From Octopus sinensis (Eukaryota), in contig NC_043003.1 in the NCBI RefSeq assembly GCF_006345805.1, positions 69,626,001 to 69,690,000 on the forward strand: a stretch of 64,000 nt of DNA. The letters are read 5' to 3'. The position numbers were made by a program, and so were the translations under genes. Below are positions 63,992 to 64,000 of this stretch, in pieces. The first letter of the stretch is position 1, and each line of letters opens with the position of its first letter. The notes beneath the pieces were generated by a model. The model saw only the letters and a program-made list of their open reading frames with translations, did no database searches and was not told the origin of the DNA.

Positions 63992-64000
63992 TATATATAT

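Overview
This is AT-rich, microsatellite-dense animal DNA whose repeat families look octopod (Octopus sp.; inferred from recognised repeats, not searched). Most of the window is the interior of one minus-strand gene. I could chain 11 GT-AG exons (59328 down to 835, 1924 nt, about 641 codons) into one open frame with matching phases. The peptide has doublecortin (DCX)-like segments and QRW ricin-B/beta-trefoil-like repeats, so it is most likely a DCDC1/DCDC5 homologue; neither its start nor its stop is in the window. The introns hold: a young near-full-length Tx1-type (L1 clade) LINE in an (ATT)n tract; an R4/Dong-like 3' fragment; RTE and CR1 fragments; a full mariner; a deleted Tc1; piggyBac-type MITEs; Helentron-like elements; several tRNA-derived SINE families; and minisatellites. 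The most unusual signals are three. (i) Non-coding fold-back elements with hammerhead-ribozyme motifs and Penelope-like inverted architecture, one with a tRNA (Pol III) head, i.e. a candidate Penelope-mobilised ribozyme SINE. (ii) A SINE tail shared with the 3' end of the Tx1 LINE. (iii) A dimeric SINE with swappable tails. All coordinates and alignments were read by eye.
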